Shown here: positions 63,522 through 64,000 of the stretch, piece after piece
Layout: each line of letters begins with the position of its first letter
Position numbering within the stretch: position 1 is the first letter of the stretch
Origin: an uncultured Planctomycetales bacterium
Lineage (GTDB): Bacteria > Planctomycetota > Phycisphaerae > UBA1845 > PWPN01
Direction of reading: 5' to 3'
Assembly (NCBI GenBank): GCA_964653435.1
Contig: CAZZFA010000008.1
Span: 15,253-79,252 of the forward strand
Length of the DNA: 64,000 nucleotides
The notes under the pieces: model-generated
What the model was told of the DNA's origin: nothing
Database searches by the model: none
The model's input: the letters and a program-made list of their open reading frames with translations, nothing else
Made by a program: the position numbers and the translations under genes

Positions 63522-64000
63522 GTCAACCTCCATGACCGTTCCTCGGGAAGATATCCCCAAGACGGTGAAGCCTCTGTTCGAGAGCAACGATTGCCCTCTC
63601 ACCCTTCATACGGGCCTTTTGGATTGCCGATTTCATCCTGACGATTCCCAGAGGCGTTCGCGGACCCTCGGCTAACGTCTCGTTGTTCCCAGTGCGAGAA
63701 ACATATGTGCAGGAGGGGGCACCGTCGACCAACGGGGCCCGATGGGCAGATCTGGCATGGGGGAACATTGACAAGGGAAACGCCCTCCGAAACGATTCCG
63801 TCGAAGCCACGCGGAACCTCCCATCCGGTAAGCCAGTTTTGCGTTGAATGGGATGTCCCGGATGCGTGCCGGCCGTGTTGGCCGTGTTTTTGGTGCGGGC
63901 GTATCCCGCCGTTCATCCGCGCGCCGAGTTTTAACACTCCAGTCGCGTCCATACCCCGCGTCGATGCCACTCTTCCATCCATCAGGAGCGGCCTCTCGCC

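Larger units (their letters stand above)
42000..64000. mobile_element. Putative integrated mobile/episome-derived element; left edge approximate, right edge beyond the window
   Basis: At ~41.7-42.0 kb the content switches from housekeeping-type glycan genes to ArdC, Orc1/Cdc6, HerA-like ATPase and many short unknown ORFs with strong GGAGG RBSs. There is an AT-rich dip at ~41.76-41.83 kb. No integrase or att site seen. Confidence 0.5.

Overview
GC-rich bacterial window; the gene content looks PVC/Planctomycetota-like, but that is inference only. It splits into three blocks. (1) 0.7-31.2 kb is a dense heavy-metal resistance island. It holds a CzcCBA-type RND operon that also encodes a P-II protein and a Zn/Cd-type P1B ATPase. 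It also holds a multicopper oxidase, Met-rich and Cys-rich lipoproteins, a PP2C/ECF sigma/anti-sigma module, cysK, an HD-GYP protein, two TRASH/YHS proteins, and a Cus-type RND operon whose three components all carry unusual extra domains. (2) 31.2-41.4 kb holds a small cassette (HExxH protein plus SPL-like radical SAM protein) bracketed by an 81-bp direct repeat. It is followed by three glycan-degradation genes: a BNR/sialidase-like protein, a large unknown protein, and a GH127-SGNH fusion. (3) 42-64 kb looks like a mobile or episome-derived element made mostly of unknowns. It encodes ArdC-like antirestriction, an archaeal/eukaryotic-type Orc1/Cdc6 initiator next to an iteron-like polypurine repeat (candidate origin), and a HerA/FtsK-like ATPase fused to a nuclease domain. 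It also carries a ~11 kb co-directional operon with zinc-ribbon proteins, a GHKL ATPase flanked by paralogous unknown domains, a YkgJ Cys-cluster protein and an AAA+/VWA-metallopeptidase pair. This third block is the best candidate for an undescribed system. I found no rRNA, tRNA, CRISPR array, integrase or transposase. Start codons are often uncertain, and all family assignments come from motif recognition by eye, not from searches.
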